Below, one piece after another: positions 1 through 12,872 of a stretch of 64,000 nt of DNA. Source of the stretch: Octopus vulgaris (Eukaryota); contig OX597814.1 in the NCBI GenBank assembly GCA_951406725.2, positions 52,080,001 through 52,144,000 of the forward strand, in the 5' to 3' direction. A program made the position numbers and the translations under genes. The first letter of the stretch is position 1; each line of letters begins with the position of its first letter. The notes under the pieces were generated by a model. It was not told the DNA's origin and made no database searches. It saw nothing but the letters and a program-made list of their open reading frames with translations.

Positions 1-1787
1 TTCCACTTGCCTCAACGGGTCTTCACAAGTGGAGTTTTGTGTCCCAAGAAGGAAAGGTCGACTGGCTACATCCCAGGTAATGGTCTCACTAGTCCTGCCA
101 AGTCTTCTCACGCACAGCATACTTCCATAGGTCTCGGTCTCTAGTCATCTCCTCAGTGAGACCTAAAGTTCGAAGGTCGTGCTTCACCACCTCGTCCCAG
201 GTTTTCCTGGGTCTGCCTCTTCCACAGGTTCCCTCAACCGCTAGGGTGTGGCACTTTTTCACACAGCTATCTTCATCCATTCTCGCCACATGACCATACC
301 AGCGCAAACGTCTCTCTTGCACACCACATCTGATGCTTCTTAGGTCCAGCTTTTCTCTCAAGGTACTTACACTCTGTCGAGTATGAACACTGACATTACA
401 CATCCAACGAAGCATACTGACTTCATTTCTTGCGAGCTTACGCATATCCTCAGCAGTCACGGCCCATGTTTCACTGCCATGTAGCATAGCTGTTCGTACA
501 CACACGTCATACAGTCTGCCTTTTACTTTGAGCGAGAGGCCTTTTGTCACCAGCAGAGGTAAGAGCTCTCTGAACTTTGCCCAAGCTATTCTTACTCTAG
601 CATTTACACTTTCAGCACATCCGCCCCCGCTACTGACTTGGTCACCTAGGTAATGGAAACTATCAACTATTTCTAGTTTTTCTCCCTGGAAAGTGGCAGA
701 AGTTGGTCTCAGAGCATTTTCAGTGTTTATTGCTCCTGAGCATCTGCCACATACAAAAACTATCTTCCTAGTTAGCCTTCCTTTGACATTGCTGCACTTC
801 TTATGTGTCCATAGCTTACACCTGGTGCATCTTATAGAGTTTCTACCTACACCTTTTCTACAGATCGAGCAGGGCCATCTACCTGAAGGCATTTGTGATT
901 TGTCTACATTCCTACTTATTAGGACTTTGGTTTTAGCTAGATTGACTCTAAGGCCCTTCGATTCTAATCCTTGCTTCCACACCTGAAACTTCTCCAGTTC
1001 TGATAGAGACTCAGCAATTAGAGCAAGGTCATCAGCATAGAGGAGCTCCCAGGGGCATCCTGTCTTGAATTCCTCCGTTATTGCCTGGAGGACTATGGTA
1101 AATAGGAGGAGGCTGAGGACTGAGCCTTGATGGACCCCTACCTCTACCCGGAATTCTTCACTGTACTCGTTGCCAACCCTCACCTTACTAGCAGCGTCCC
1201 TGTACATGGCTCGCACAGCTCTCACTAACCATTCATCTATCCCTAGTTTCCTCATTGATCACCAGATAAGGGATCGGGGGACCCCATCGAAGGCTTTCTC
1301 CATGTCAACAAAAGCCAGGTACAGGGGCTTATCTTTGGCTAGATATTTCTCCTGCAGCTGCCTTACCAGGAATATAGCATCAGTGGTACTTCACCCTGGC
1401 ACGAACCCAAACTGCATCTCATCTAAACTAACTCACTAATTAGTTGGGCTATGACCCTCTCTGCAACCTTCATTACCTGATCCAACAGCTTGATACCTCT
1501 GTAATTATTTGTATCTAGGGCATCACCTTTACCTTTGTAGCAGTTGACTATTATGCTGCTACACCAGTCATTGGGTATGACTCCTTCGTGTATCACCTGA
1601 TTAACTATACAGGTGACTAGGCTATAGCCGACACTACCAGATATTTTGAGCATCTCTGCAGTGATTCCTGATGGGCCTGGGGCTTTCCCTGTCTTCATGC
1701 TTCTAATTGCCTTAACTACCAAGGAACTGTCAACTTGGATAGCTGGTCCCTCTGTTGGGTCAACATTTGGCAGACTCTCTTTATCCC
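1..1787 (-). mobile_element. RTE-clade LINE, 5'-truncated, disrupted reverse transcriptase
   Basis: ORFs 1423-1722 (KAPGPSG, YKGKGD, NNYRGIKLL) and 89-1255 (GVHQGSVLS, YADD, YLG, RLRWYGHVARM, GRGRPRKTW) are typical RTE RT/thumb motifs. The link between them is broken by a frameshift and stops. The 3' UTR runs off the left edge. Confidence 0.95.
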
Positions 1788-2422
1788 ATTCATATTTCTA
1801 AAATTTAGATGAGCAAAAGTAATACGGTTTGACCGGGTCTGGGAAGCCAGGGGCCGCTCCAGGCTCCAGTCTGAATCTGGCAGAGTTTCTACGGCTGGAT
1901 GCCCTTCCTAACGCCAACCACTCCGTGAGTGGATTGGGTGCTTTTTACGTGCCACCTGCACAGGGGCCGGAGGGTCCGGCATCGTCACGATCGGTTCGAG
2001 CATTTTAACGTGTCAGCGGCACGGGGGCAACGAGGTCCGGGGTACTTTGGGGATCGGGGTACTTTGGGGATCCAGGGTACTTTGGGGATCCGGGGTACTT
2101 AGAATGGGTAGGGGGTATGTGGAATTGCTGCAGAAAGCAGCCCGGGTCTTTGTAGTCACAGCATATCTCCAGAGATCTCGGTTCTTCGCCATTGCCTCAG
2201 TGAGGCCCAATGCTCTGAGGTCATGCTTGACCACCTCATCTCATGTCTTCCTGGGTCTACCTCTCACCCTGATACCTTCAACTGTTTGGGAGTGGCACTT
2301 CTTCACACATCTCTCTTCATCCATCCGCAGCACATGACCATACCATCGCAAGCGTCGCTCTTGCACACCACATCTGATGCTTCTTATTCATATTTCTAAA
2401 ATTTAGATGAGCAAAAGTAATA
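1788..2422. repeat. 37-bp direct repeat (1788-1824 and 2386-2422), TSD-like
   Basis: ATTCATATTTCTAAAATTTAGATGAGCAAAAGTAATA is identical at both positions. Confidence 0.9.
1825..2385 (-). mobile_element. RTE LINE 3' fragment (ORF end plus 3' UTR), lacking the terminal (GAT)n tail
   Basis: Encodes RLRWYGHVLRM...KTWDEVVKHDLR-like sequence followed by the family 3' UTR motif GGCGTTAGGAAGGGCATCCAGC. Flanked by 37-bp direct repeats. Confidence 0.9.
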
Positions 2423-4279
2423 AAATACTGATATGTGGAACTAGGGTAATGGAAGCCAAAAGAAAAAATTTACCAAGGAACATTAAAATATTTCACACAA
2501 TAAGTCTCATATTTTGTATTTCAATTGAATTTACACATGTTGATAAGTCCGATTTCTAACCATCATCAGATATTCTGAATGTAGACTTTGTCTCAGGGTG
2601 GATTTAAATTCTGTGGATTTACTTCTAAACAAAGCATATTGTGTGCATGTGTGAGAGTGATTTCCTTTACAAATAAAAGTTTCAAGTTCAAATTTAGCCA
2701 GGAACATTTTATGTATTCAATACATCTGATGGTGTTTGGAAACCAAATTGTTCTAAATATGAAGCAAATTGAAACACAAATACTGAGATGAAATACTCCA
2801 GGAAACTGTATATCATAATTAATCTCAGAAGTCAACACACGAAACATTGCCAGAGTAACATTTATGAACAACTGAGAGAAGTCTGTACACACTCAATTTG
2901 CTCAAAATAGCAAGTTGGATCGCTCTTGAATAAAAACTCTACCATCATAAACAAGGAAGGCCACATTGAATAACATTGTGCTAGATATACTGAAAAAAAA
3001 AAAAAAGCACTAGGTGGTCATGGATAAAATATTTCTAACTTGAAGTTTTGATCACTCAACTTTTACTTGGAACTAAACAACAAAAAACGTAATATGCAAT
3101 ATGAACAAAGCTCATTGAGATTCTATATTCCCTCAAACTGAACAACTTCTAAAATATATGATGTTATTTTGGTATATATGTTTGAAAAGATAATCAAAAA
3201 TGCTTACACACACTAGAAAGAAACTTCTTTCACAAAGGTTAGTGACATTCTGATAAAGTATTTACAACTTAAAAAGAAATTCTTTAACACTTTTTTTATA
3301 CTTACTAAAACTGTATCAAGTAATTTTCACAAAGACATATATATATATATATATATATATAAAATTGCTATTATGCAAAAGTGTCCTAAGCTCAAAACGT
3401 TGCTTTTTCAGAAAACAAAAAAATAGTTTCACCATTCCATAGCAAAACCATTGTACTACACTTTGACAATTTTGATATCTTGGTATCTGAAGCAGCTGGC
3501 AATACAATAGTTTGATCAAAAGAATGGGCTGTTGCAAGCAAACATAAATACTGAAAAAAATGCATTTGACTAAATTTGGACATACGACAGTTTATCATAA
3601 TAGCAACGATATGTGTATATATACATACACACACAACCTATGAACTATATACTTATCTCCAACAGACAACTGCACTGAATAAAACTATTGGAACCAATAA
3701 CAACCATCTACAGAGAAATTGTTTTGTAAACCAGTTACAAATTGATAGGAATATCTTTCATTAATTTGAGGAGTATAAATGAATGCAAACTCTTCAAAAA
3801 TTAAAATATCAAAATTCAAAACACAGGCAAGATTGTCATTTTATATATATATAAAAAAAAAAAAACAAGTAACATCATCATTTGTCTAAATTCTAATAAC
3901 ACAAATTAATATTATGAACATCATTTTCTCACCTCAAGATATCTTAACATCTATTGCTTATGCAGCCAATTATTCATCTGTTTCTTTTCAAGAGTCAATT
4001 ATTGATTTGCTTGTTTTGAATGAAGAGTCAATTATTGATTTACTTGTTTTGAAGAGTTGTAATTGCTTGTTATGGAAAAATATTTCAAATTAGCCTCACA
4101 AGCATACCATATCTATCTATATGTCTATACATAAGTGTGTGCATATACACACAATTATCATCATTTAAATGTCTATTTTCCCTACTTGGAAGGATCAGGT
4201 CAGATTAAAGTAAATGTTGAAGCTGAATGAGAAAAGTTTGATGAAGTCAAAATTTAATTGTTTGAATTTTATAGATAAA

Positions 4280-4675
4280 CTAGCAGTATCGCCCGGCGTT
4301 GCTCAGGTTTGTAAGGGAAATAACTATATAAGCATTTTTAGAGAGTTATAGCCAAAAAATAGCAAAAAAATGCATTAAAACTTGAAAAAAAAGTAAGGTA
4401 AATTTTTTTTTAAATCGTTGACACATCGTAGATATTTTTAGAGAGTTACTTCCCTTATATAAAAGCGAAAAAAATGCATTAAAATGGAAAAATATGATGG
4501 TAAATTTTTTTTAAATCGTAGACTCATCGTAGACGCGCGCTAATACCCAGAAGGGCTCGATATGAATCACGACTATAAGATACCCACTTTTGGTTAAACT
4601 GCACCGCAAAATGTGGGAGTAGTTACGAATCTAAATCGAAGGGGACAGACACACAACTTCACTCTTATATAAAGA
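4280..4675 (-). mobile_element. Non-autonomous Helitron
   Basis: The minus strand starts A|TCTTTATATAAGAGTG and ends with an imperfect GC hairpin (CCTGAGCAACGCCGGG) followed by CTAG|T. No TSD. Confidence 0.85.
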
Positions 4676-4676
4676 T

Positions 4677-5456
4677 GGCTTTTTTTTTCAGTCATAGAGT
4701 TAGATTTATGAAGGTCTTCAGTAGAAAATCCTTCGAATTCTGACTCGCTGCTTGATATAATGAAATTCGTATCCATTTTTTGTCAGAATTACAAATTTTG
4801 AAAACACAATAGGAACAAATTTTGGAAAAAAATCTCCCATAATTCATGGAATTAAAATTACACTTCGATTTTTGTACAAAACTGTATTTGAAGTGTTTAC
4901 GAAGTATAATACGTGTTTTCACGAATGTACTAAAGAGATTTACTCTGATATTCTCATTTAAATATGAATAGGTAAATTCGGACTGTTTGGTAACGAAAGG
5001 GTTTATATAAGTGTCGTCTGTTTATACATAAACACTGTTTCATACTTTCAGTTTAGTCTTCCTCAAATCACTCTGTCGCTAATTTACTCTCTTCCAAAAA
5101 CATTTTCACTCACTCTTATGTGTTAGCTTCCCATACATTTTACTCATGTATCTATCAGCGTGATAGACAGAAACAAATACTACATCTAGTTTCACTTTAT
5201 TGGTTGCACACTGTGTGTGTGCGTTTGCGTGTGGTGTAAACCAGACTAAGAAAAGCATTTGACACACACACCAGAATGTGAGTTTTCTGTAAATTTTGCT
5301 TAATTGGAGTTTAAAATTTAAAAACTGGACCTGGCATGACGCGATGCATTGTACTCTTAAAAATGCTAGGTAAATTGTAATTGAAGAAATCCTATATTGT
5401 AGATTTGTATAACTCCCAAAGGGAGGCAGATAAAATCTGCCTTTTATAATAAGAGA
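4677..5456 (-). mobile_element. Second Helitron 5' portion abutting the first Helitron
   Basis: The minus strand starts A|TCTCTTATTATAAAAGGCAG. Segment ~5057-5190 is homologous to ~39152-39290 inside the Helitron at 38.9-41.7 kb. Confidence 0.6.
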
Positions 5457-5807
5457 TACAGTGTGATAATAATGAATAGAAATATTTCTAGGTAGAGCAA
5501 ACATATCCAACACATGTTAATGAAAATGCTACAGGTTTCAGGAAATTTCAGAGGTGATATTGGCTAACACACAATACATTGATATTGAGACCATTTAGAC
5601 TTGTTAAGATATCTAGCCCAAGTGTTCTCATTTTATGCTCAAACCAGCTTGCATCTGTTGTAACTGTTGATAGAATGATGGCCTATTGACCTAAGGGTTG
5701 ACAATTTGTAGCCTACTAGCACTGCTATGGGTTAATTTTAGCTCATTTAGCAGTAAATAGCTGTGATTAGGAAGTATAGCTCATAACTCTTTGCAATAAC
5801 TAATTCT

Positions 5808-6167
5808 TTAACTCTTTAGCATCTAACCCTTTAGCATTTAAACTGGCCATATCTCATCATCAAAACCTCGAAGCTACAAGATAATGCATAATTGATTTAA
5901 AACAATGTGAATGAATAAGTCTTATGCTGACAGAAAAATCTGAATGCTAGAGGGTTAAACCAGCCATATCCAGCCCAAATATTTTACTTGCTTTATGTTC
6001 AAGTTGACCAGATCTGGTCTCTCACATCTACTCTGCAATGTCATTCAAAAAATAAACAATCATATCATCGAAATCTCAAAGCTAGGAGATAATGCAAGAT
6101 TTATTCAAAACAAGGTGAATAAATAAGCATTACATTTGACAGAGTATTCTGAATGTTAAAGAGTTAA
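5808..6167. mobile_element. piggyBac-type MITE with a nested copy of its own family (5827-5954)
   Basis: Outer termini TTAA-CTCTTTAGCAT ... ATGTTAAAGAG-TTAA. Inner termini (C)TAA-CCCTTTAGCATT ... AATGCTAGAGGG-TTAA. The two bodies are homologous. Confidence 0.75.
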
Positions 6168-7494
6168 ATCGCAGATGTTCTGATTTTAAGACGATGTTAA
6201 TAGTTTTGGATCCAAATTTTTATCTTCATTCTTGAAACCATATAATAGCTTTGTTAAGAGATTGAGGAAAATTGATCTATTATCAAGCCATCAATGGTAA
6301 AATAATAAACACAATCTTTGTTATAAATCATTCAAGAAGCCAAGTTATAAAGACAATTAATTGAATAAGAGCAAAAGTAATATTTATAAAATTAAGATTG
6401 AAGATGTCCAGTTATCTAATATTTAAAAGGAAAACAGATCACAGACACCAAAGAAATGTAAGTGCAGTATTCTAGAAGTTAGCTTGTGGAAAGATGGTTT
6501 ATTGAAAGCCAATATAGTATGATACAGAAAGAAGTGTTTTGCGAAATGAAAGGATTGAAGCATTGCAATAATATATTACAAGAGAAAGTTATTTTAATGA
6601 TAATTGCATTAATATAATTAATAGTAGTTGATAGAATGTGCTACATCTGGGTAATCATATTGTGCAATCATTTCTTTAATAAGCATACCAAACAATTAAA
6701 TCCAGCTAAATATCAATAATTGCCCAATGAGTCAAGGAAATAATGCATTAATTCATATATCTGAATATCTTGGTTGATAGACTGTAAAGTTCAAAAGCCA
6801 CTTAATTATACAAACTGTTGTAGAATGGCCCCACAGCAATATCTCATAAATGTATTATATATATATATATAATGCAAAAGAAAATGGCATATCCATTTGA
6901 TAAATTGATGACCATACATTCTACAAAGGTTTTTTTTTTTAATCTTGTGTGTATCAATAGTGGTGAAAATCAATATCACTTGCTAAAAGTGTGTTGAAGA
7001 GAGAATAAACAGAACTTCCAATTACACTAAAATGCAAAGAAATAAAAGTGAAGTTCGAAATATATAAACAGACAATGCCAGAAATGGTCAAAATTCAATC
7101 TACATACCTTGATAACAAGAGAAAAAGAGAGAAAGAAAGCGAGAAAGAGAGACTGTACTCATAAAAAGAAGAAAAGAAAACCAACTTAACTCTGTTTATG
7201 CTATAATTACTTTATCAAAAAATAACCTTTGAAATTTATTAAGGGTGAAAGGGATGTAAAAAATTTTTCAAGATTCAATCTATGTGTTGTTTACCTCTAT
7301 TTTAGTTGAAAAAAAAAAAAACTATCTTGTCATACATTAAAAGTTCATCTTTAGACATGAAATATGTATATATAGCTCCAATGCTGAAAGGACACAATAG
7401 TTTCTCTAAAAAGAAGTAATTACAGAAGTTTCAAACTAATGGATCAACTTACAAAAAAATAACAGAAAAATGTTTAGCATAACTGATTAGGAAG

Positions 7495-8750
7495 AAAATT
7501 AGATGAGATGCAGTTTGGATTTGTGCTAGGTCAGAATACCACTAATGCTCTTTTCCTAATGAGACAACTATAAGAAACGTTCTTAGCTAAGAATTAAGTC
7601 AGTATAACTAATATTCATTGACCTGTTGACAGGCTACTACACTCTGTAGTCTGGAGGCTGCTGAGAAAATGAGGTATAGTTGAATAACTTGTGAGTGCAA
7701 TGAAAGCCATGTACAGATATGGTGTCAACAAGGTGGGAGGGAGTAATGAGCTCAGCAAGGAATTTAGCATCAGGACTGAGTTCCTTCCAGTTTATAGTTC
7801 TACAAGTCAATAAAAGAGAAGTTTACTCTTACATGTTGGTAACCTAGTACTCAGCTATATCTGTAGAATATTTAGAGAAAAAAAATTCAAAATATGGAAG
7901 CAAATCCTAAAATCAAATGACTTCAAAGCGTATCAAACAAAGACAAAAGTTTTAGTGAACCAGCAGGAAAAACAGACAGACATTTACTGCCATCCAAGGA
8001 GTGGCCATGATTGGTATCCAGAAAAGGAGTTGATAGGAATTTCATATGGTGCACTTAGTGTAGGTGTACAATAGGGATCCAGGGCAGGCTGACTGAGAGA
8101 AGACTTTGTATGTTACAGATACATAGGAGTAATTAACAGTAAGGACAACTGTGAAATAAAATTCAAATGTTCAAATGTTTCATAGATTTTTTTTTTTTTT
8201 GCTTAAATGACTTAATTAGTAGTGGGGGTGGATGTGCTTAAGTCTGAACAGCTAGAGTCAGAATAAGCTGAAAAATCTCAAGGATCTACATCACTGCTGA
8301 AAAGGAAGAGTGGGTTGTGTAATGCTTGCATATGAAGTATGATGTTGCATGGTAGGAAAATATGGATATTGTATATGAAGGATGAGGGAGAGCCAGAGTG
8401 AAGTGATACATATATGATCAGCTGGATATGTAATGTTAACATACATGAATGACAAATCACAAATGAGCTGATATAAAAACTGGGTATAAGAAAAATGTAA
8501 TATAGTGCACAAGAAAGAAAACTATGCTGGTACAGACTATGATGCATGTGAAAGGTTGATTAAATAATTGTGAAGAGATCCATGTGGAAGGAATCTGCAG
8601 AAGAGAAGACCAAGGCCTGGACAAAAGTTATGAAAGCTCTACCTCAGAAAATTGACAAGTAATTGTAATATATGGAGAGTCACCGTGCTGGAGAAAATTC
8701 ACCCAACTTATGCAAACTTAGAAATACAGGTATAAAAATTATGATTATGA
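7495..8750 (+). mobile_element. Highly decayed RTE LINE
   Basis: Begins at the DEMQFGFV motif (GATGAGATGCAGTTTGGATTTG) and is collinear with the 1-1787 element through to a degenerate tail. Many stops. Confidence 0.8.
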
Positions 8751-10288
8751 AGACACTGTTTTATAATTGTTTCATATCCACATGATAACTGGATAAAAGC
8801 ATTATGTTTATAAACAAAGGTTTCTCATCCAAATCCAATATTGGACAATGTGCACATCCAGGTAAAAGATTATCAGTTTCATATATTTTTTGACACCAAG
8901 GTAATTTAAAATATCAAATATATGAATTTAAGAATAAAAATAGAAGTTATTTGTAAGATCAAAATAAATGAAAATAACAGTTATGATTTCTAAGTGTCAT
9001 GGAGTCCTTTAAAATAAAGTAAGATATTAACCTAGTTGATGCTTAAACATTAAAAATATAGTGTAAATGTAAAAAATATCATAAAACATTTTATCTTTAA
9101 AAATGAGGTTAATAGTCTGAAAAATTTTAAATCATAGCTTATTTCAATCATTTTATTAAATATACAATTAATAATTTCAACAAATTAGTGGGTGTTAACA
9201 TAACATATTAGCTCCAAATCTATGTATAGCATCCGTTAATTACTTCCAGTTTCCAAAAAACCCTTACATATGAATTTATTAATTGAAATTTTTATCATCA
9301 TCATTTTAACATTCACTTTTCCATGCTCACATGGGTTAGACTGAATTTGCCTAAGTAGATTTTCTATGGGTGGAAATATCATCTGTAGTCAAATTTTGGA
9401 GCCTGTGTAGCCAGTAGATCTGGGAAGAAGGAGAAAATATGAAGTTGTTTGTTCATGCCTTTCCCAAGATTTTAACAGAGCTATTAAGCTATTCTGGTGA
9501 AAGTAGCAGAATTTTGCAGTGAAGCAAAATTACACAAAAGAAAAAATTTCTTCAATACTTCAAATTTGAAAAAAATGATAGTCCAAAACTAAATATGATG
9601 TATGGAAAAGCCTCAATATTAATTTTAATGTTTTTTTAGATTACTTTTAAACATTTACATTAACAATTTGAAGTTCTTTTGTTTGTTGGGGTTTTTTGTT
9701 TTGTTTTCTACATATGAATAACCTGTTCCTAATCCTTTGGGGAAAATCTAATACAAATAATTTAAGCTTGATTTAGTCAAGTACAATTAGTTCATAGATT
9801 CTTTGATACACAGATAATTAAATCCATCAAGTGTTATTCTACAATTTAAAAATAGAAATTAAAAGGATACTTTTTTTTTTAAATTACAAGTTTAAACAAT
9901 AAAATTACAGTCTGCAAGTGTTATGCTGTTGATGTTTGAACCTTGTAGCTTTTAACAAGACTACTGAATGTTCTCCATCATACAGTCCATGATTATAACA
10001 AACCATAGTTTCCATACAGCAAAGATAATTATGGATAGTGTTTTAGAATGCTGTTGGCTTCATAAGCTTTAAAGAACAATTTCAACCCATCTTCCCAAAC
10101 TAATAAAGCACCTACTATTCCTGCAGTGCTCCTGCTCCTTACACTGATAAATTGTGCCTATCTATTGTACCTATTCACAGGGCATTAAACCAACAAGTAA
10201 TATGTCCTGGAAATGGATATAATGAAGTTCTAATAATTAGATATTGACCAATGACATAGCAAATATTCTCAGTAATTTTCCTACTTAC

Positions 10289-10377
10289 ATCCAGAGGCAA
10301 CTCCCTCCCTTTCCCTCTTGCTGCACATGTGGAATTGACTCAGGCCAACACATAATCTACTTGGTTTGCAGTGACTG
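10289..10377 (-). other. Candidate cassette exon (89 nt) within the NCS intron
   Basis: Branch-like CTAAC plus TTTTTATAG acceptor and a GGAT|GTAAGT donor around a locally GC-richer block. Prediction only. Confidence 0.4.
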
Positions 10378-11411
10378 CTATAAAAACTTTGTTAGAGAAA
10401 CAATTATCCCAAAAATATTTATATATAAAATATATCTAGGCTAGTGATTATTCTATGGAACAGAAAATAATTCTATCTTATTTTGAAGACAATTATATAA
10501 AAGAACATCATTTAGACCTTAAATTGTCTTTCAGATCTCACTACCACTACATCAATTAGGAAGAGGCTTCAGGAGTTTTATTTTAGGATAAGCTAGAATC
10601 AATACTTGGTGTAGAGTTTAATATGCACATTCATGCTTTAAAATGGACAAGAGAAAAGAAGCTTTAGTTGATTAAACCAACACTTATAAGATTTGCCAGG
10701 CTTGAACTCAGAATGTTATAGAATAACATATAGTATTGACCTGTCAAAAGCATGGCCCACAACATTTTTTTTTTTTTTTTTTGGTGAGGGTGGCAGTGGA
10801 AGAATATACTTGATTACATTACATCACATCAGTTCTTGACTTAATGATAAAAGGCTAAATTGACACTGGGAGAATTTGAACACAGGAACAATGTAAATTA
10901 AATTCTACAATACATCTTATATAAATTTTATCCAGCATTCTTATAATTCAGCCAGTCCATTACTACAAAGTATTTAGTTTGGAGCAGTTCAACACTTGTC
11001 ATCACTTTTACATCTGCATTTCTATGCTGGCTTGGGTTGGAGAGGACTGGAGGTGGGACAGTGGTTTTATGGCTAGATGCCCCTTTTGACACCATCCCTT
11101 TTAAATAAGACCCAATTGTATAAACTATATAAATAACAAACTATTAAAATATTATGCATTACCAGACAAAAGTGTTGTAGGGAGACAAATGCAAAGACAC
11201 GCGCGACAGGGCTGGCCTTCGATTAGAGTAGAAGACACTCATTGAGGTACTGTAGAAGGCACTTGCTCAAGATACCAAGCAGTGCAACTGAAACTAGTTG
11301 TAAAGCCACACTGCCATACCTATATGGTATATACATACACCCAGTATTTAGTTTCATTGGCGCTTTTTAATGAATAATCCAAGTACCATCACACCACATA
11401 GTACTACATAC

Positions 11412-12872
11412 CTTATTCATAGATTTATTACAATATTGTATCACAGTTTTCCTTGTTGCTGGTAACATTCTTGGAGGAGGTTATCACTGGTGAAACCCAC
11501 AGCTTACCACTTCATAAATCAACACCCTTTACTTTCTCTGAATTGTTCCACCCATTTTAATTGGTCTGATTCTTATCAAACACAAAAATACAGCAGGTCA
11601 AAATTGATCAAACTAAGATTTGAATCACAAAACTGAGAATATGAACTTATCAGAATGAATTAATTCTGATATGCTTTACTTGGCATGATTGTTGTTCGCT
11701 ATACATTGCAAGTAGGGAGAATAAAGTATTTCTTTTCTTGAAGTGAATGTTAAAGTTAACATCTTCAAACATATTTCTAGCTCAAACCTCTAGAATTTAA
11801 TAAATATTTAACTAAAAATATTTATTTTATAAATATGTTTGAATGTATAAAGTACCCTTATTGAAAATACAAAATTACATGTAAACGACAACTTTCTCAA
11901 ATTACTTTTTGTTATTAATATACTTGTATTTGTCTCTTAATTACTGGAATTTACCATACTCTTCTTTTGATGAGAGAAAGAGAAATATTTCATTAATTAT
12001 ATCAAAAATTCAAACAGAATTATTAATAAATAATAAAGTATATTGGTGAAGCAAACCAGAAACTATGCTAAACATTGGACAGTATGTTAGAATTCTTCTA
12101 TGGAAAAGTTTGGAATAGTTTCTTTGCATTTTATAGTGTTTCATTGATTCCACCCACAGGTACATACTATCGCATTCATAAATTCATTACAATATTGTAT
12201 CACAGTCAGTTTTCCTTGTTGCTGGTAACATTTTTGAAGAAGGACAAAACAGAAAGAGTAACAATTATCAGTTTACCATGAAATGAATTAATAGGAAATA
12301 GGCAAAGGAAATTATTTAAGAGGGAAGAGACATTCTGTATTGCCATGTGGGCTAGTTAGTATGGTTCTACAAATCTGAGTGAGGATTCACCTCTTGGAGT
12401 GGGAAGAACGTTTGATGCAGAATTTTATAAAACATTGATTTGTGTGCGATTTATAAATACATCATATATACTACCAAACTCAAAGGTCATACGTATTTAG
12501 CACTGGTTACTACAATACTTAATGAGTTTGAAGCAGGGTTTATATTTCACTTCTGATCTAGTACTAGCCTAGTGATAAGATAACAGCTTATGGATATAAT
12601 AAGAGTAATATTCACTAACTTTATTCCATTTTCATTTTTCAACTCATTTTCCATAAATAGATACACAAACACACTACTGTGTGTGTATGTGTGTGTGTGT
12701 GTGTATATGTATATATATATATTAGGGTTTAGGAGAAGCTTCAAAGCTTCAGTTAGAAGCCTGAGGCATAGAGTTTGTCTTGTTACCCTATTCATAAATT
12801 CATTACAATATTGTATCACAGTCAGTTTTCCTTGTTACCGGTAACATTCTTGAAGGACGACAACTTTACCTT
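11412..12872 (-). repeat. Three dispersed copies of a ~70-bp exon-like unit (~11412-11479, ~12168-12243, ~12787-12857)
   Basis: Shared plus-strand core TTACAATATTGTATCACAG(TCAG)TTTTCCTTGTTRCYGGTAACATT. Each copy ends at a minus-strand GT donor. Confidence 0.85.

Noticed and set aside
2588-2892. ORFs as host gene or C2H2 zinc-finger exon
   Set aside because: No recognisable motif or convincing splice context.
10120-10660. Intronic H/ACA snoRNAs (two minus-strand ACAATT ends with possible H boxes)
   Set aside because: Stems are weak and wobble-rich and the spacing is atypical. Cannot be supported without a covariance search.
10947-11006. C/D box snoRNA (GTGATGA...CTGA, minus strand)
   Set aside because: The boxes come from a decayed RTE tail and an adjacent SINE, and the span is short.
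11508-11537. NCS second exon ending ...AAGTG|GTAAGC
   Set aside because: Phase-1 joining gives an immediate stop and there is no similarity to the expected xExEIxxW peptide.
12190-12830. miR-2-like mature sequence TATCACAGTCAGTTTT on the plus strand as a miRNA gene cluster
   Set aside because: No complementary star arm nearby, so no pre-miRNA hairpin. Better read as a target site on the opposite strand.
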